Assembly: GCA_965261255.1 (NCBI GenBank)
Contig: CBDHCQ010000004.1
Location: 78,597-142,596, forward strand
DNA: 64,000 nt
Direction: 5' to 3'
Origin: Rhodothermales bacterium
GTDB lineage: Bacteria; Bacteroidota; Rhodothermia; Rhodothermales; Bin80
Positions 61,501-64,000 of this stretch are shown one piece after another; position 1 is the stretch's first letter, and the number at the start of each line of letters is the position of its first letter. A model generated the notes under the pieces. It was given only the letters and a program-made list of their open reading frames with translations, had not been told where the DNA came from and ran no database searches. A program made the position numbers and the translations under genes.

Positions 61501-62205
61501 GCCGCGAAGGTCTTCATGTCTCACGCCTATGCCCACTAGTTCTACAATTGCTATAACGACATTTCCCTGCTCGCCCTTGACCACGTCCCAGGCATCGGGC
61601 ATACGAGACCGCTGCATGTAAGGGGCTTCCCGGAACAATGGATCATTCGGCGTCTCAAGCACTGCGGATTCGCCCTTCTCCGACCCGGGTATATCCCACA
61701 TTGACTCACGGACAAAGCGCGGCTCGGCATAGACCACGTTTGGATCCCGTGCCAAAGCGGCGGCTACCCGCCTTGAATCAAATGATTCTTCGTGATGCAC
61801 GGCATAGATGCGTTGCAGCTTCTTGGTGCTCTCGGCAAGCTCTCTCCTTTCGGCCACCCGGTCCACAAAGGGAAAAGCCTTGCTGACGCCAGTGACGCCA
61901 TAGCGCGCCGCCTCCCGGTCGAAAATGGCAAGGCCGGTCTTGCCAGCACCCGCTGAAACCGCTACCCCCTCTGCAAATTGCACCCAGACGAAGCCCGGGC
62001 TATACGATGGGGCGGGATCCATGGGCTGGGCGGACGCGACATTGACCAACAACGCCACAAGACTTAACAAACGAGAATTGCGTAGAATACTTGAAAAAAC
62101 CCTGTTAACTCCTTTTCTTGGTTTTCTTTCGGTCTTAAGCAGCACCCTTACAACCTTTAACGGTGTCACGCCGTCGTATTTCGGATTCGGACTGGGTGTG
62201 TTCAT
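58597..62205 (-). CDS. S8-family (subtilisin-like) serine peptidase with T9SS C-terminal sorting domain
   Basis: Catalytic His EEHGVAVSG and Ser GTSFASPLVAGIAALV. C-terminal YPNPFNPSTTILMDLPADAKVTVEVFDVLGRAVL. Signal LLSLVALLVNVASAQ. Start taken at ATG 62205. Confidence 0.93.
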   Translation of the reverse strand: MNTPSPNPKYDGVTPLKVVRVLLKTERKPRKGVNRVFSSILRNSRLLSLVALLVNVASAQPMDPAPSYSPGFVWVQFAEGVAVSAGAGKTGLAIFDREAARYGVTGVSKAFPFVDRVAERRELAESTKKLQRIYAVHHEESFDSRRVAAALARDPNVVYAEPRFVRESMWDIPGSEKGESAVLETPNDPLFREAPYMQRSRMPDAWDVVKGEQGNVVIAIVELVGIGVRHEDLRGTLWTNPGEIPNNGVDDDANGFVDDVHGWDFRANSPIVPGFASSSGEEHGVAVSGAALAEADNGIGLAGTSWNARFMPLVGSYSGITYAALNGADIINASYGGFGGSNTEAQIMQSAVDEGALVVAAAGNNGLNSDQVPSYPANYPINLNVGGTLAESDVNFYNYGRSVNVFAAGRNVVVPFPGNAYGREFGTSFASPLVAGIAALVKTANPHFTPHQVREQVRLTADNIDAVNDASLAGLLGRGRVNAFRAVTESGFPAVRMTEYQLTGGERVLQTGESAELTARMANYLADTENLTIEWFSDGAFVEFDTGPISIGRLATGENIEISTSFRLNENTPYRAHFFVSPRARDGSYDDAADIVRLNANEGETLAHRTDAMGFSITSEGNLGFLDTRFRGVGRGVWMYDENNQERSILHEGSLVVANGSDAVSDGFYSDERRYLIPSQHMDLIPKKGARLEIREPGQLVTQEGRMELVDSRAANPIGVEILQESFVDTAEENEDFVILRYTLTNPTGRTMENMHVGLMFNWGLNTSRNPDYVGFDGSRSFGFNQNTASNPTLAVGTMPLTATAPVHFRALGDRAEMTDQTKWSYLTGGIQSPASGADHWTQVTGLGPFTIDPGKEIQVAFAVVTGSSREDLFQNADNAKALWESTIQQAPTAQFIQNVDGPAIDVYLDGQRIHDDWAFQSASDFEVLSVGEHTIDVVAGGENDNAQPLISKTIAVSTSTDYHILAHGKGEDVNLVIVDGVRKSHSVEDQATFYVAHGARDLDAVDVHLLQPGADAVVLLDNASYGASSHYATISPGLHDIEVTAATDGRLINVFQFDLSGLAQQAFMLGLSGSGTSAREGLTMIGVLADGTILYPAAVTGTESPTELPQQFVLHGNYPNPFNPSTTILMDLPADAKVTVEVFDVLGRAVLRTMPQDLEAGHGRLIRIAAASLASGTYPYRVRATTATATEIHIGQMTILK

Positions 62206-62279
62206 TGCACGGTCTGGCTCCGCACGAATACGAGCCAGTTCAGCATCTGATTTAGGGCTCTGATTCCTGTCTGTCTCCG

Positions 62280-62760
62280 TCATTTGCTCATATACCGTCG
62301 TTTCTTATCCTCTTTATGCACTCCAATGAGTGTCTGGATATTGCTTTTGAGCTTGTTACAAGGCCCACAAGGGAGAATCCGGTTACTGATGTGACTCTGT
62401 CCTCCCGAAGATCGAGGCGTATTGTGGTCTAATTCCAAGTAACGTGGACCATCAAATACGTGATCACGTCCTTGACATTTGCTCCGTGCTGGGCTAACAA
62501 ATACTCGTACATCTCTGTACGTGTTCAACACGGGCCATCAGGTTCTTTAGCCCGCTCTTTGACTTGCATGAATGGAACGGCCGCCTGTTTATCATCTTTT
62601 CGTTCTGGACCCTGATCCTCAAGGTAATATTCTTGGGAGAGATTAGCGTTTGATTTCCTGCTTTCAAGTAATGGCTTGCAGTTGGATCGCAGTGCATGTA
62701 AGTGCGACTAGTGCGGCTAAGCATACGCCTCATTTCCAACAGTCTCACTGCCATTTAACA
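62280..62760 (-). pseudogene. remnants of an N6/N4 DNA methyltransferase with C-terminal HNH module
   Basis: Frame a: SRTSRTYMHCDPTASHYLK...NITLRIRVQNE, like GSIYLHCDPTASHYLK..FG..NF.NEI.W of DNA methylases. Frame b: CQGRDHVFDGPRYLELDHNTPRSSGGQSHISNRILPCGPCNKLKSN (HNH). Both are short and lie in different frames. Confidence 0.5.
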
Positions 62761-62949
62761 TAAAAAAGCCCTTCCCGACGACAAATCTGTTAATGCCGTG
62801 ATTAAGAAAAAGACATATATAGTTTTAATGAAAATGATTACGAGCGAAACTAGACAAGCGTCGTCTTTTCGTAATACCTACATCACATTGCCCAGTTGTT
62901 GCTGTGCCGTTACGTCGAGACATTTTGCGTGGACACAACCCCATTGGGG

Positions 62950-63519
62950 CTATCTGATCTGGATCATGCGTCCGGTCCTTGCAAATGTTCCAGATGCTGT
63001 CGTTACATTGACGCGGTATACATACATGCCAGAACTGATTGCAGGCAGTTCCAGCGATAGCATGCGATCCCAGCCCGCATCTACCTGCTGCACCTGGGAA
63101 GTATAGACTACACGACCAAGTACGTCGAAAACCTCGGCATACACCTGTGCCTGTTCTGGCAGGTGGAAGACAATTCGCGTTGCATTGCGAAATGGATTGG
63201 GATAGTTGTCCTGCACCAATAACTCCTCGGGCAATTCTGCGCGCTCTTCGTTTGCCGTGTCCACATCATTGTCCTTCACAGTCACCTTCACCACCGCAAT
63301 CACATTGCCAGAATTCCACTGATGTTCCGTGGCCGTAGGGGACTGGACCCGTCTGGCGTCAGGACTTTCCTTTATTCTCTCCGTCACCACCTGCGCTATT
63401 GGACTGACGCTCAACTCCTGTGCAAAAAGGATTAAAGGTGACAGGCCAAACACCATCAACAAGACCCATGTTAGTGCTGCGCAGAGGTGAGCAAAAAGGG
63501 AAGGCCTAACACACGACAT
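62950..63519 (-). CDS. small secreted protein with T9SS C-terminal sorting domain
   Basis: Signal LTWVLLMVFGLSPLILFAQE. C-terminal NYPNPFRNATRIVFHLPEQAQVYAEVFDVLGRVVY...SGMYVYRVNV. Start at ATG 63519. Confidence 0.75.
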   Translation of the reverse strand: MSCVRPSLFAHLCAALTWVLLMVFGLSPLILFAQELSVSPIAQVVTERIKESPDARRVQSPTATEHQWNSGNVIAVVKVTVKDNDVDTANEERAELPEELLVQDNYPNPFRNATRIVFHLPEQAQVYAEVFDVLGRVVYTSQVQQVDAGWDRMLSLELPAISSGMYVYRVNVTTASGTFARTGRMIQIR

Positions 63520-63680
63520 CGGGTAGGGCAATCAAATGTTCTGCAAGGCAAAAACAAGGTACAAACCGGACGCAAGGATGTCAAATATCCAAACTGAACT
63601 TTCCCCTGATATAGTACAGCAGGGTTCAATTACGGTTGATATGCATTTTAGGTTCTTCCGCGAATGTTGGGGATAGAGGT

Positions 63681-63926
63681 CTAGATCTCCGCAGAAGAAA
63701 AGAAATGCAGATCTGAAATTTTCAAATTTTCTGTACTTCCTGCTGATAGTTTTGACTTCTTGGATCTTCCCTCTGATTTGCTGCGATGTATGATGCGATT
63801 AACAATGTCAAACTTACTACGAAGCAGCTTCGCCGTCTTCGTCTGGTTATTGGTCGCTTTTAGCAGATTAATCGCCCACCGCTCAACGTATCCGTAAACC
63901 GACTCGAGACACTGGCCGGGGGAGTC
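63681..63926 (-). pseudogene. fragment of an ISL3-family transposase (HTH region)
   Basis: My hand translation gives ...VYGYVERWAINLLKATNNQTKTAKLLRSKFDIVNRIIHRSKSEG, resembling the ISL3 HTH segment. It has no start codon and is bounded by stops. Downstream sequence in another frame reads GDLDLYPQHSRKNL (possibly the DLD region). Confidence 0.4.
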
Positions 63927-64000
63927 TTAATCGTCCGCACACCCACGGAAGACTTGATCCGGGGAATCCGACAATGGACTAAACACTTGAATTCATAGCA

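Overview
This 64-kb window looks like an FCB-group bacterium (Bacteroidota / Rhodothermota / Balneolota-like). The evidence is several T9SS-type C-terminal sorting domains, a GldA/F/G-type ABC cluster with DUF4340, a small HsdR_N-domain protein and 6-bladed beta-propeller lipoproteins. Intact core genes include htpG, a ROK fructokinase, icd, pdhA/pdhB/E2, a sulfatase, an OmpA-family protein, a TonB-dependent receptor, a 1200-aa S8 peptidase, an FprA-type reductase, tRNA-Pro(CGG) and tRNA-Gln(CTG). Between the gld-type ABC cluster and icd (about 11.9-29.5 kb) lies a mosaic accessory segment. It carries elements of three IS families (IS1634-like, IS5-like, and a decayed IS256-like), several pseudogenes and two cargo modules. 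Module 1 is the main candidate for a new system: a five-gene, translationally coupled minus-strand operon (15398-21628). It encodes a PAPS-reductase-like PP-loop enzyme, a NifS/IscS-type cysteine desulfurase, a 644-aa GHKL ATPase and two proteins I cannot assign. This resembles the sulfur-mobilising core of Dnd/Ssp DNA phosphorothioation in a gene order I do not recognise, and no DndB/D/E or restriction partner is visible. Module 2 (26328-28345) encodes a secreted 6-Cys small protein, a 6-bladed beta-propeller and a membrane-anchored thioredoxin-fold-like protein. Smaller oddities are a decayed defence-like patch at the left edge (NDT/TIR-like fusion, methyltransferase fragment, HNH with an in-frame TAG), a carA fragment next to a Fic gene with duplicated palindrome-bearing AT-rich modules, and methylase/HNH and ISL3 remnants at the right edge. 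No CRISPR array or rRNA gene was seen. All functional calls come from motif recognition by eye. No database search was run.
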